This document shows, in pieces, positions 27,994 to 37,910 of a stretch of 64,000 bases of DNA. Positions within the stretch are counted from its first letter, which is position 1. Each line of letters starts with the position of its first letter. Below the pieces are notes generated by a model. It was given only the letters and a program-made list of their open reading frames with translations, did not search any database and was not told the origin of the DNA. Location: sequence record MW749006.1; one strand, written 5' to 3'. A program made the translations under genes and the position numbers.

Positions 27994-28638
27994 ATGCAAC
28001 CACATGTTTTCTTTGTAGATGGACCCAATGCTGTTGGTAAAGATTACTTCATTGAAGGACTAACTAATACTATTAATGAACTACACCCAGAAGTAGAAGT
28101 TATTAACATACGAGCTACAGACTATCTCCCTAAGAAGGTGGTCCGTAAGTATGAAAATGACCAAACTAACCGTGTGTTCGCTGAAGAGATCTTCCGTGGA
28201 CACATTAAACTACTGTGTGATATAGCAGATAAAGCTAAAGAGAATACAGTAATAATCCTTAACCGTACCTTGATTACTTACTTAGTCTACAATGTCTACC
28301 CTCGCTTACAAGCTCTGAGTGACCGTGTGGATGGGGATTACGATGAGGTACATAGTAGCATTGAAATCTACGGATTACTCCTCCAGAAGGTTCTACCGGA
28401 CGCACAGACTACCTTTGTGCGTTTAGATCTACCTGGAGATTCAGTTCAAGCAACAGAAGATACTATTGAACGTATGTTAGCTCGTGGTGAGTCTAAAGAA
28501 ATAGACAAGACATGGGTAAGATACTTAATAGATCAGTTCCGTGAAAACTACGATACACATTACACTAGTTACAAAAACTATGTACATTGTAGTAGTGAAC
28601 ATTATAAAATAGTAGCTAAGAAATACTTAGTCAACTAA
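27994..28638 (+). CDS. Deoxynucleoside monophosphate (thymidylate-type) kinase
   Basis: FVDGPNAVGKD P-loop, IILNR motif, lid ERMLARGE. Confidence 0.7.
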   Translation: MQPHVFFVDGPNAVGKDYFIEGLTNTINELHPEVEVINIRATDYLPKKVVRKYENDQTNRVFAEEIFRGHIKLLCDIADKAKENTVIILNRTLITYLVYNVYPRLQALSDRVDGDYDEVHSSIEIYGLLLQKVLPDAQTTFVRLDLPGDSVQATEDTIERMLARGESKEIDKTWVRYLIDQFRENYDTHYTSYKNYVHCSSEHYKIVAKKYLVN

Positions 28639-28680
28639 CTCAACGAAAGTTATTATTCTTAACATATAGGAAACATAAAC

Positions 28681-29160
28681 ATGTTAGACAACTTAGATAC
28701 TCTTGAAATTGTAGACGACGAACTTGTAAAGAAAACAAAACCAAAGAAAGACTACACTAAGTATTACTATTGGTTATTTGCTCTCTTCATTCTAACTTCG
28801 ATCTTTGGTGTATTAGCTAAAGAAGCTAAAGACTCGTTTGTTAGTAAAACAGTAGTGGATGTTCGTCCCTGTGAATACAACGTGAAAGGAGTGGAGGTCA
28901 AAGGTAAACGTTACTATACTTATAAGTACAACGAAGTGTTTGGTATTCGTTTCATTGATACCTCTAAGATTGGTGAACGCACGGATATTCTACATGAGTT
29001 TAAAGGAACTACAATTATCGGTATGAACGACTCTGAATGGTGGTCACTTAACTTAGGTAAAGGTGAACCCACTATTAAAACACTAGGTAAAGCAGAGTCC
29101 TACACTTTTGTTCAAGATGGTTTAGCTGGAGTAGTAAGCTATGACAACTTCTGTAAATAA
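28681..29160 (+). CDS. Membrane-anchored hypothetical protein
   Basis: Single TM segment YYYWLFALFILTSIFGVLA. Confidence 0.7.
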   Translation: MLDNLDTLEIVDDELVKKTKPKKDYTKYYYWLFALFILTSIFGVLAKEAKDSFVSKTVVDVRPCEYNVKGVEVKGKRYYTYKYNEVFGIRFIDTSKIGERTDILHEFKGTTIIGMNDSEWWSLNLGKGEPTIKTLGKAESYTFVQDGLAGVVSYDNFCK

Positions 29161-29659
29161 GGTAGATCACGTACAGGAAGACCTAGTTAAGACTATAGGT
29201 ATTAGTAAACGACATAGTAACCGTGCTTTAGTCAGTATGTCTAAACTGATTAGAGCTAACCGTGAAATACTTAGTCTAGTTAACACCTCAAAAGTTATCT
29301 ATAATAACCTGTGGGTAGACTTAGTTAACAAGTGGTCTTCTGTTGGTACTGTAGAGATTATATTTCCTGAAGACTTCGATCTAATAGCTATGTTCGATGT
29401 TAACGAAGACTTAATAATCAACTTAACAGAAAACTCTATAAGTTATAAATCTAACCAATTCATACTGGGTACTAGAAACACTAGTGAAGGTAAGTTCATT
29501 ACTATCACGGGTAAAAAGAAATATAAGGATTATCTTACTACCTTTGACTCTGAATTAGTGATGGACGTAACTTTAGTTTGGATGGATGGATCTAACGCAA
29601 CGTTAATCAGTGTAACTACTTTAATAGAGAGTTACCTTGAAGAACTAAAGTCGATGTAA
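29141..29659 (+). CDS. Hypothetical protein
   Basis: 172-aa ORF; DLVNKWS motif. Confidence 0.7.
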   Translation: MTTSVNKVDHVQEDLVKTIGISKRHSNRALVSMSKLIRANREILSLVNTSKVIYNNLWVDLVNKWSSVGTVEIIFPEDFDLIAMFDVNEDLIINLTENSISYKSNQFILGTRNTSEGKFITITGKKKYKDYLTTFDSELVMDVTLVWMDGSNATLISVTTLIESYLEELKSM

Positions 29660-29667
29660 AGAAACAG

Positions 29668-29706
29668 GAGAGAGGGGATTATTCCTCTCTTTCTTTTTTC
29701 TTTTTT
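29668..29706 (+). terminator. Intrinsic terminator
   Basis: Purine/pyrimidine stem plus T tract. Confidence 0.65.
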
Positions 29707-29761
29707 ATAATTAGCTGTATGATATGAAATCATTACCCTCTTTGTCGTGAGATATATACAT

Positions 29762-31300
29762 ATGGATGCCCGAACAATCTTATCCAAGATCATTGCCCTC
29801 ATTTATAGAACTAGATTGTTAGGTGAGTTGGAGAATGATGACCTTACAAAAACGGTCTTAGGTACTATTGAAACAGATTCACCGGACTTTAACTTCCTTG
29901 GGAAGAATAGTGTAAAGAGTTTTAAAGATCTTTGTATGTCGTTGTTAGAGGAAACTGATCCTATTCCTAAAGAAGTGTTGATACCTCAAGTATCCATTGT
30001 TTTAGAGAACGATCCTAAGTTGTTGAAAGTGGTTAAAGATTCTATCGAACAAGAGTATGATGACTCTTCAAGTAAACGTATCATCACTAACATCACAAAG
30101 ACATTAAACAACTACTACCGTGAACAGTTAGCTGTAGGTATTTTATCTAAGCTAAGTTACAATCTAAAGTTTAACCGTAACAAGATCGGTAACTTCGGGG
30201 ATTACTTACAAAACGCTATCTCTGAATTAGAACCATTAACCACTGTAGTGTCTTCTATGAAAGATCCTGCTGTAGTTAATGAGTTAGACTTTGAGAACTC
30301 TGAGTCTGTTGAGAAAGTCTTTAATGAAGTAAAGAACTTAAATAACAACAAGAGCGTTTACAAGACCGGTTGGCAAGGTTTAAACAGAATGACTCAGGGT
30401 GGTATTCGTCGTGGTGAGTTTGTCACTATGGGAGCACTACAACACAAGTATAAGACTGGTAGTACATTGAGTATGTTTATGCAGATAGCATTACATAACC
30501 AACCTATCGTAACTCCTGAAGAGGCAGGTAAGAAACCTTTACTGTTACGTATCTCTTTTGAGGATAGCTTAACTAACAACGTACAGTTCATGTATCAATA
30601 CTTGAAAGCGGTAGATGGTGAAATGCTTAAACCTAAAGACTTTGAGTATTTAGATAGTAAAGACATGACTCAATACGTTATGCAGAAACTAACTGCTACT
30701 GGATTTCATGTTAAGATGATGCGGGTAGATCCTAGTCAATGGACTTATAGTTCTATCTTTAATAAGATACTAGAGTATGAAGCGCAAGGTTACTGTGTTC
30801 ACTTACTAATGGTTGACTACTTATTAATGATACCGACTACAGGGTGTGTACAAGGAGCTACAGGAGCTGATAAGCGTGACTTGATACGTCGGGTACGTAA
30901 CTTCTGTTCAGCGCGTGCTGTGGCGTTCCTGACTCCTCTACAGCTATCAACTGAAGCTAAACAACTAACACGTAACGGTGTACCTAATCACATGTTCTTA
31001 AAAGAGATTGCTGAGAAAGGTTACTACGATGGTTGTAGGACAGTTGACCAAGAAATCGACTTAGAGTTGTATGTACATCTGTTTAGTCATAAGGGTAAGA
31101 AGTTACTTCAGTTCCAACGAGGTAAACACAGGTTACCTACAGTGATACCAGATGAAGATCTTAACTTTATGTTACAATTTCCTGGTTTAAACATTCCAGT
31201 GTTAGAAGACATTAACGGTGATGATAGTTCATTTACTCGTTTACCTACTGGTGGTGACTCTTCAGGTAATAGTGGGTTGCTAGACGAGATCTTAGGGTAA
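29762..31300 (+). CDS. dnaB: DnaB-like replicative helicase (phiKZ gp118-like)
   Basis: TGW..LN....GG.RRGE, ALQHKYKT Walker A variant, MVDYL, QLS, RGKHR. Confidence 0.85.
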   Translation: MDARTILSKIIALIYRTRLLGELENDDLTKTVLGTIETDSPDFNFLGKNSVKSFKDLCMSLLEETDPIPKEVLIPQVSIVLENDPKLLKVVKDSIEQEYDDSSSKRIITNITKTLNNYYREQLAVGILSKLSYNLKFNRNKIGNFGDYLQNAISELEPLTTVVSSMKDPAVVNELDFENSESVEKVFNEVKNLNNNKSVYKTGWQGLNRMTQGGIRRGEFVTMGALQHKYKTGSTLSMFMQIALHNQPIVTPEEAGKKPLLLRISFEDSLTNNVQFMYQYLKAVDGEMLKPKDFEYLDSKDMTQYVMQKLTATGFHVKMMRVDPSQWTYSSIFNKILEYEAQGYCVHLLMVDYLLMIPTTGCVQGATGADKRDLIRRVRNFCSARAVAFLTPLQLSTEAKQLTRNGVPNHMFLKEIAEKGYYDGCRTVDQEIDLELYVHLFSHKGKKLLQFQRGKHRLPTVIPDEDLNFMLQFPGLNIPVLEDINGDDSSFTRLPTGGDSSGNSGLLDEILG

Positions 31301-31339
31301 TATTTTGGTTGTATCAATAGTCTATTTGGAGTGACAAAA

Positions 31340-31657
31340 ATGAAGTTTAGAAATGTTTTCTTGGGTATTGGTTCTATCTTAACTATCCTTGTGTTGTTCT
31401 TAAGTGATCCAGATGGTGGTTTAGTTCAAAACCTTCCATTTGGTAGTGGTACTGTTTCACTGTTGATTATGTTGGTTATTAGTATTCTTTACATTGGTCT
31501 GTTACACTTAGCTCGTAAAGCTTTGTTTGACTATCTTAACTTAGAAGCATACTTTAAGAAAGCATTGTTAACACCAGAAGGTTCTGGTATGGCTTTGATC
31601 TCAGTGGCGATCGCGATGGTTGCTATTGCTGTAGTTATTCTAGCTGCTACAAATTAG
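31340..31657 (+). CDS. Three-TM membrane protein (holin-like candidate)
   Basis: Three hydrophobic segments; GGAG SD. Confidence 0.5.
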   Translation: MKFRNVFLGIGSILTILVLFLSDPDGGLVQNLPFGSGTVSLLIMLVISILYIGLLHLARKALFDYLNLEAYFKKALLTPEGSGMALISVAIAMVAIAVVILAATN

Positions 31658-31667
31658 ACTGTTTAAT

Positions 31668-31701
31668 ACCCTCCTACTAATAACAGTAGGAGGGTTTCTT
31701 T
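31668..31701 (+). terminator. Intrinsic terminator
   Basis: accctcctact/agtaggagggt plus ttcttt. Confidence 0.75.
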
Positions 31702-31717
31702 ATTGGAGTGAGGTTAC

Positions 31718-32377
31718 ATGAAAGCTAAATGGTGGGTAAGACTCTGGACTTACCTCGTAGGGTTACGTTACAAAGTAGTAATGGAATCAAGTAAAGTATT
31801 AGAAGTAGTATATTTAGACGATAACGGAAAGAAACAGTGTGAAGTAGAATATGATTGCACTAAGACTATTAAAGACAAAGAGTCTCTATTCTTTACTTAC
31901 GATTCAGACGGTGGAATCATTAGTATACGTCGGATAGGTAAAGAGGAGGTTGTAGATAGAGTACTACGCATCCAAACACCTACTAAAGTTAAAGTAAGTA
32001 ATTCCTTAGGAGTCACTGAGAATATAGAAGCTCGCTTAGAAGTAGTGACAACTAAACACTGGTACACTATCTTGGGACTATTCCGAGTTAATCTACCTAT
32101 AGAAACTACAAAAATAGTAGAGTTGTGGGTTGAAGGTAAACCTGTATTCCTTAGAGGATATAGTTCCAGTAAAAGTAACAAAGGTTCTATTAACTTAACC
32201 ATTAGAGAATACTGTATGGAACACGGTTTTACTAGTATAGTTAATAGTAACGAAGAAGGTACTCACAACCAACTAGAAACAGTAACTCCTCCTAAAAGTT
32301 ATAGTATACCCTGGCCTCCAATTTTACCTAACGAAAGTTTAGAAATGCAAGCAGCTAGAAAAGCAGCTCAAGGATAA
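31718..32377 (+). CDS. Hypothetical protein
   Basis: 219-aa ORF with GAGG SD. Confidence 0.7.
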   Translation: MKAKWWVRLWTYLVGLRYKVVMESSKVLEVVYLDDNGKKQCEVEYDCTKTIKDKESLFFTYDSDGGIISIRRIGKEEVVDRVLRIQTPTKVKVSNSLGVTENIEARLEVVTTKHWYTILGLFRVNLPIETTKIVELWVEGKPVFLRGYSSSKSNKGSINLTIREYCMEHGFTSIVNSNEEGTHNQLETVTPPKSYSIPWPPILPNESLEMQAARKAAQG

Positions 32378-32381
32378 GAAT

Positions 32382-32909
32382 ATGTTGTCTAGTTTTAGAA
32401 ATCTGTTAAGTAACATAATTAGTTTACAGTGTAACGTTAAAGAACGTGTATACTTGAACACACATAACACCAAAGCTTGTTCTGTTATGTACGATCAAGA
32501 CCTTAACGGAGATCCTGACGTAGGTTTACTTCTTAGTTACAATAAGCGTGGGGAATTAAGCGGTTGGGATCATTCATCTATAGAGTTCATACTCAAAAAA
32601 GCTTATCAACTACAAGAACCTTTAGTTATAGAGGTTGTTGATTTACATGGAGAGTATACTGATCTGGACATCAGAGTGGAAGAGAACACAAACGAAATAA
32701 GATTGGTATTCTTTTCTAAGTTCACACTTAAACTATTTACCACTAAGGATATAGTTATTCGTATTTTAGGTGGTCGTTGTCCTACTTGGGCTATGAGTTA
32801 TCCCTTTAACAATAGTATAGCTACCGTTGTTCTTGACGCTTTAGCTGAGTATTGTGAAGCTTATGAATACAGTTCTATAGTAGACACTGGTTGTACTGTT
32901 TCTGAATAG
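32382..32909 (+). CDS. Hypothetical protein
   Basis: 175-aa ORF. Confidence 0.65.
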   Translation: MLSSFRNLLSNIISLQCNVKERVYLNTHNTKACSVMYDQDLNGDPDVGLLLSYNKRGELSGWDHSSIEFILKKAYQLQEPLVIEVVDLHGEYTDLDIRVEENTNEIRLVFFSKFTLKLFTTKDIVIRILGGRCPTWAMSYPFNNSIATVVLDALAEYCEAYEYSSIVDTGCTVSE

Positions 32910-32918
32910 AAGATAGGT

Positions 32919-32976
32919 ACATATATAGTACTTAGATATCCACTCCTACTCATTGACTAAAGTTTGTGAGTAGGAG
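32919..32976 (+). promoter_or_regulatory. Putative early promoter plus 5' hairpin
   Basis: CTGAA-N12-ACATATATAGTA; ctcctactca/tgagtaggag stem. Confidence 0.75.
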
Positions 32977-33033
32977 ACTACCTAACAACAATCCCCCCCA
33001 CCCACAAGTAAACGTTAAACAAGGAAGCAATAA

Positions 33034-33273
33034 ATGCTTATTTTGAATCAAGAACTAGAACCAAACATACTCAAGGCTACTGTAGAACTACCTGAAGGTA
33101 AGGTAATACAGATACAAATACAAGACGCAAAACTTTCAGCGGTGAACGGTTTTGGAATGGTCCACTATCTAACAGGTGACGAAGTTGTCCTAATTCTTAA
33201 CACCCTAGGTTATCCGTATGGCAGTGTTAGTGGTTTAGTTACAGCGCCTAACGCTATCTGGGAGATTAATTGA
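33034..33273 (+). CDS. Hypothetical protein
   Basis: 79 aa; AAGGA SD. Confidence 0.6.
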   Translation: MLILNQELEPNILKATVELPEGKVIQIQIQDAKLSAVNGFGMVHYLTGDEVVLILNTLGYPYGSVSGLVTAPNAIWEIN

Positions 33274-33665
33274 TGAAAAGGTACATCACTTTAGCTTCGG
33301 TACTTTCAGTGGTGATGTCAACAACTTCTATTGCGTCTTCTAACGACGTGAGTGGAGTTACAAACGTAGTCTACCCAGATCACGACCCAAAGGTTATGGT
33401 AGAGATAGAAACACTTCGTAGCGTGTCTATACAAGTTCACGCTGGTGAAGATGATCTAGAACTACAGAACATATCTGTTAACAAAGGTAACTGTGTTATG
33501 TCTAGTATAGTTACTGTTAACGATAAAAGAAAAGTATTCCCTGTTAAACTAAATGTTAACGAAACTGCTAGTGTTCAGATGCTTAGTGATTGCGAAGTAT
33601 TGTTTCTAGATGTAACTATTAACAGTAAGAAACTATCCTACGAAATAAACACTGTAGAAATCTAA
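33270..33665 (+). CDS. Exported protein with NxGNC domain
   Basis: Signal-peptide-like N-terminus; paralogous to 34077..34577. Confidence 0.7.
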   Translation: MMKRYITLASVLSVVMSTTSIASSNDVSGVTNVVYPDHDPKVMVEIETLRSVSIQVHAGEDDLELQNISVNKGNCVMSSIVTVNDKRKVFPVKLNVNETASVQMLSDCEVLFLDVTINSKKLSYEINTVEI

Positions 33666-33674
33666 AGGTGCATT

Positions 33675-34001
33675 ATGAAACTTAAAGTCATACTAGAACA
33701 ACGAACTACATTAAACTCTAACGTAGAAAACGCAGTTAGTTCTAAGGAATACATTCTTAAGGAACTCAAAGGTAGTAAGAAGTTTCGATTGGAGGAAACT
33801 CTTATATCTTCTACGCCAGAAGAATACAAAGATGTCTTTAAACCCAAAGATCAAGTTATAGCTATAACTGATTTAACTTACACTGATAGTTCCTCTCCGG
33901 AAGAAGGACCTCAGTGTGGGATGAAATACATTAATGAAGTTTTAGCTTCTATAAAGAAATACAACAGCATAAAGTTACTAAGACCAACGCCTTTGTTCTA
34001 A
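33675..34001 (+). CDS. Hypothetical protein
   Basis: 108-aa ORF. Confidence 0.6.
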   Translation: MKLKVILEQRTTLNSNVENAVSSKEYILKELKGSKKFRLEETLISSTPEEYKDVFKPKDQVIAITDLTYTDSSSPEEGPQCGMKYINEVLASIKKYNSIKLLRPTPLF

Positions 34002-34018
34002 AAGAAATCTAAACCTCA

Positions 34019-34051
34019 ACCCACTACTCGACACAAAGTTGAGTAGAGGGT
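34019..34051 (+). terminator. Hairpin
   Basis: actactcgac-acaaa-gttgagtag. Confidence 0.45.
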
Positions 34052-34076
34052 AACTTAACCTAAAGAGTAAAAAACG

Positions 34077-34577
34077 ATGAAAAAGATCCTAGCTATGTTT
34101 GCAATTGTTATGTCATTTAACGTAATGGCTGATAGTGATGTGGAGAAATGCGTCACTAAGAAAATTGAAAGTTTCCATAAAGTAATGGGTGAAGACGAAC
34201 CTATCTCTATGGGTATGTTAGAGGAGTGGGAGTACGAATGTGATCTAGGTGGATACACTGACTACGTTGATCCTAACGCAGAGCAAGTAGCTGATCCTGA
34301 GATTAAGTTGTACATTGAACCAGTTTATGTGGGGAACAGTCTTCGCCATATGGTAAAAGTACAAAGTATGGAAAACAACTTAATCGTTAAAGAGATGATT
34401 ATTAATCGAGGTAATTGTACTGTAGGAGCAGATGCTAAGAACGGTCACTACACTTATAAGTTACCTGTAACTCTTAACTACGGTGAAGGTATTAGTATTC
34501 CAGTAATAAGTGCCTGTGATATCATAGAGATTACTTTGAAACTTAACGATGTAGAAGTGTCATATAACGTAAACTAA
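34077..34577 (+). CDS. Exported protein with NxGNC domain
   Basis: MKKILAMFAIVMSFNVMA signal peptide; four Cys. Confidence 0.75.
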   Translation: MKKILAMFAIVMSFNVMADSDVEKCVTKKIESFHKVMGEDEPISMGMLEEWEYECDLGGYTDYVDPNAEQVADPEIKLYIEPVYVGNSLRHMVKVQSMENNLIVKEMIINRGNCTVGADAKNGHYTYKLPVTLNYGEGISIPVISACDIIEITLKLNDVEVSYNVN

Positions 34578-34582
34578 AGTTA

Positions 34583-34621
34583 ACAACTAAGAACCACCAC
34601 CCGGCTTTCGCTAGGTGGTGG
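34583..34621 (+). repeat. 39-bp direct repeat (hairpin, no U tract), copy D1
   Basis: acaactaagaaccaccacccggctttcgctaggtggtgg, identical to 35254..35292. Confidence 0.95.
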
Positions 34622-34648
34622 GATACTTAATGTAGAGAGAACATAAAG

Positions 34649-35251
34649 ATGGAAGAAGTAAAGACAGAACATCAGTTGCGTGAGTTAATAAGAACTAATC
34701 CGGGAGCAGTAAACTGGGATAACGTTAGTTACCATCAGACTCTATCAGAGGAATTCATCCGTGAGTTCCAGACTAAGTTAGATTGGTATGGCATTAGTTT
34801 TAACCAGAAACTATCGGAAGAGTTCATTCGTGAGTTCCAGGATAAGGTAAATTGGAGAGGCGTTAGTTACCGACAGTCCTTATCCGAGGAGTTCATTCGT
34901 GAGTTCCAAGATAAGGTAAACTGGGAACAAGTTAGTCAACAACAGACTTTATCGGAAGAGTTCATCCGTGAATTCCAAGATAAGTTAAATCTTGAGATTA
35001 TCTTCACCGTTCAAGACTACAGTGAAGACTTTGAGCTAATGAAAGTATACACACAAAACAACCCTGACTTACTCAGGGTGACTAAGATAGCAATCAACAA
35101 AGAACTACTAGAGAAACTAGAAGCCTGTGAAGATGGCGTTGTGTGCTTCCTAGAACACACTAAACCGGATGAATCTATCGACTGGTTCGAACTCAAGAGA
35201 CGACATAAATGGAAGAGTGACTTGTCTTGGTTGTTTGAGAGATTAGTTTAG
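34649..35251 (+). CDS. Tryptophan-repeat protein (23-aa repeats)
   Basis: Four copies of (V/L)xWxxxSxxQxLSEEFIREFQDK, 69-bp period. Confidence 0.85.
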   Translation: MEEVKTEHQLRELIRTNPGAVNWDNVSYHQTLSEEFIREFQTKLDWYGISFNQKLSEEFIREFQDKVNWRGVSYRQSLSEEFIREFQDKVNWEQVSQQQTLSEEFIREFQDKLNLEIIFTVQDYSEDFELMKVYTQNNPDLLRVTKIAINKELLEKLEACEDGVVCFLEHTKPDESIDWFELKRRHKWKSDLSWLFERLV

Positions 35252-35253
35252 AG

Positions 35254-35310
35254 ACAACTAAGAACCACCACCCGGCTTTCGCTAGGTGGTGGTTTCTTTT
35301 TTCTTTCTTT
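35254..35310. terminator. 39-bp direct repeat copy D2 with U tract, bidirectional terminator
   Basis: Same hairpin followed by tttcttttttctttctttt, between convergent genes. Confidence 0.9.
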
Positions 35311-37901
35311 TACGCAGTTACAGTTATGTATCCTGATAGGTTAATCTTCTCAGGTTTGTTATTAGTCAACACTCTAACTAAGTTAGCCACGAATCTATAC
35401 TGATGTAAGTTTAGATTGACGTGTGTGTTACCTAAGTGTGGGTGTATCTCCACTAAGTTATCTGGAAGGTTAGCTCTGATAGGGTCTAACTTATGTAGTA
35501 GTTTATAGTCTTCTTGATTCAACAAATCAAAGAACACCGTGTCGTCATACGGATTGATATAAGTGGATGCAGGTATAACACCCATTAACATTTCATGTAT
35601 TACTCTAGACACTACTGGAGAGTATAGATAGTGGTGATCTGAGATGATGTTAAACTCATCTATATTAGGTTCAGGATAGATCAAGTTAAATAACCCAGCT
35701 ATCCTTTCGTTAAGATCACTACTTTCCTTATAGAAATCTGTAGTGTTTAAACCAGTCATGTCATATAAAGGAATCATAGTCTCTGACATAGAGTAAGGTA
35801 AACCATTCAGAGCGTCATCTAAACGAACAGTGTTATCCTCTTCAGCAAACCTTAAGTTATCTCTACTGTAGATCTTACCACCAACAAAGATACTAAAGAC
35901 TCTATCGTCTCTTATGTCGTAAAGGTTATTTCTGCCTAACACACCGTTGTTAACGAAGCCATTGATTTCATGTTGATTAAGTTCATCAATGCTACTAACA
36001 ACTCCTCTAGCTCGTATGTGTACTTTTTGATTCTCTTTAGTGTAGTCTATATAAGTCTTATTGACTATGTTAATATTAGGTAACTCTAAGAAGTAGTCTA
36101 GGTTATAGTTAAGACGATATCCGTTTAAGTAAACTTCTAATGTCTCAGGTACATAGTCAAGAGGATGGCGTTTCAAACCTAATCCTCTATCCTCTACATA
36201 ACTAATAGGAAAGAACATGGTACCTTGTGTTAACGGAACATCTACATCCCACAACACCGGGTTATCCTGGTAAACTACTTTAACCTTTTCTATATCAGAT
36301 AGATTAAGAGTAGCTAGTTGTCCGTTTATAACTACTTTGCTAGCATCGTTAGTTATATCTACCCAAGGAGACTGTCTAGTGAAGTCCTGGAAGCTAGCCA
36401 TCAATAAACGATACTCAAAGTTACGTAGATTAATCACTTCACCTTTAACATACAACGCACCGTGACTCGCAACTTCAGTACCACGTATAAACTCTAAATG
36501 TCGGATGTTATTGCTACTAGGAATGTAAGCGGGACCTTGTGTAGTAAAACGACCAGTCATTCGTCTATTCTTATCGTACTCATAGACAGTAGAATCGTTT
36601 CTATAGATTCTTGGAACTTGAACATAGTTATCAGTACTACTTATTCGTATAGGAGACTTACCATATTCAAAAGAAATACCGTTGTAACCTATAGCTGATC
36701 TAGATAACTCTTCAGTTACTTTTGACATAGATTTAAGTGATGCTAATTCAAAGTAGTCACTTGCTTCTAATGTCTCAGCACGAAACTCAGTGATAGTATA
36801 GTTAGTATTAGTTAAAACATCCAACTGTACTGTCTTAGGTAATTTATATAGTTCATGTAACTTTAAGGAAGTGTATTTCAACTCTCTACTTAAACCACTC
36901 TTACGAGTATATATAGTTATGTATTTATCACCAGAGACTCCACCTATTTTATTAGATAAAGTAGTTGCTTGATTATTAACATACTGAGTGTATAAACTAT
37001 AGTCTTTATCAGTTACGTTTCTAACAACAAAGTCTTTATGTTGATAGAAGTATATACCTGTTGTGTGACCTGTTGGAATCGAGGTGATGTAGATTTCATT
37101 ATCATCTTCATACTGAATTCTGTTTATAACAGGATCTCTATATAGTAAGTATTTTAACTTGGTATCCTTACTAGAAGAGAAAGTACGTAATCCGTTAATG
37201 GGGTATCTTTCTTTAGAGATGATAGATTGATCATACAGAACTTCAACTCTAGATGGTGTTGGTAAATGTAACGTGACGTTATCGGTATAATAACCGTTTA
37301 CGTATACCATTACATCACCACCACTTTGCTTATACTCTGCTATCTTAGTTTGTACAGTTACTTTATTAGCGTTGTTATTTACTATATAAGAACTTAACTG
37401 AATGCCTTTACGAACAGGTTGTGTTAAATACTCGTTAGTTGTGAAATAACGATTACTGTAAACTCTGAGGAACTTGAAACTCTCCACGTCAAAGTTTCTT
37501 GACATCTCTAAATCTATTTTAGTTGCAAAGATGATACTGTTCTCATCTATGAACATATAGTAGATGTTAGCTCTGGGAAACATAACTCCTTCTTGGTTAT
37601 ATAGTTGTAAGATATAGTCTCTGTCAACCATATCTTTACTTACTTGAACCCAAGAGTCTTTGTACCAGTCTCTGTTCTGTCTTAAGAGGTTTATAACCGT
37701 AGGGTTAAGGTTTCCTATAAGGTATACATGAAACGTGTTAGTGGAGTCTGGGAGGTGTTTAGAAGCACCAGAATAAATAGCTACATTACGTTTAGCTGGT
37801 CGCTTAGGTTTAGTAACTCTAATTAGATTAAAAGTATACTGTCTATCTTGATGTGGTGCACAGTAGATGTTTTCTAAGGCAAATCTTTGTATTTCACGCA
37901 C
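35310..37901 (-). CDS. Large virion structural protein (phiKZ gp27-like)
   Basis: NIYCAPHQDRQ N-terminus, YLNG, HPH motifs; divergent from sheath gene. Confidence 0.7.
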   Translation of the reverse strand: MREIQRFALENIYCAPHQDRQYTFNLIRVTKPKRPAKRNVAIYSGASKHLPDSTNTFHVYLIGNLNPTVINLLRQNRDWYKDSWVQVSKDMVDRDYILQLYNQEGVMFPRANIYYMFIDENSIIFATKIDLEMSRNFDVESFKFLRVYSNRYFTTNEYLTQPVRKGIQLSSYIVNNNANKVTVQTKIAEYKQSGGDVMVYVNGYYTDNVTLHLPTPSRVEVLYDQSIISKERYPINGLRTFSSSKDTKLKYLLYRDPVINRIQYEDDNEIYITSIPTGHTTGIYFYQHKDFVVRNVTDKDYSLYTQYVNNQATTLSNKIGGVSGDKYITIYTRKSGLSRELKYTSLKLHELYKLPKTVQLDVLTNTNYTITEFRAETLEASDYFELASLKSMSKVTEELSRSAIGYNGISFEYGKSPIRISSTDNYVQVPRIYRNDSTVYEYDKNRRMTGRFTTQGPAYIPSSNNIRHLEFIRGTEVASHGALYVKGEVINLRNFEYRLLMASFQDFTRQSPWVDITNDASKVVINGQLATLNLSDIEKVKVVYQDNPVLWDVDVPLTQGTMFFPISYVEDRGLGLKRHPLDYVPETLEVYLNGYRLNYNLDYFLELPNINIVNKTYIDYTKENQKVHIRARGVVSSIDELNQHEINGFVNNGVLGRNNLYDIRDDRVFSIFVGGKIYSRDNLRFAEEDNTVRLDDALNGLPYSMSETMIPLYDMTGLNTTDFYKESSDLNERIAGLFNLIYPEPNIDEFNIISDHHYLYSPVVSRVIHEMLMGVIPASTYINPYDDTVFFDLLNQEDYKLLHKLDPIRANLPDNLVEIHPHLGNTHVNLNLHQYRFVANLVRVLTNNKPEKINLSGYITVTA

Positions 37902-37910
37902 ATTAACCTC

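Noticed and set aside
34709-34990. CRISPR-like regularly spaced repeats
   Set aside because: In-frame 69-bp coding repeats of the Trp-repeat protein; no cas genes
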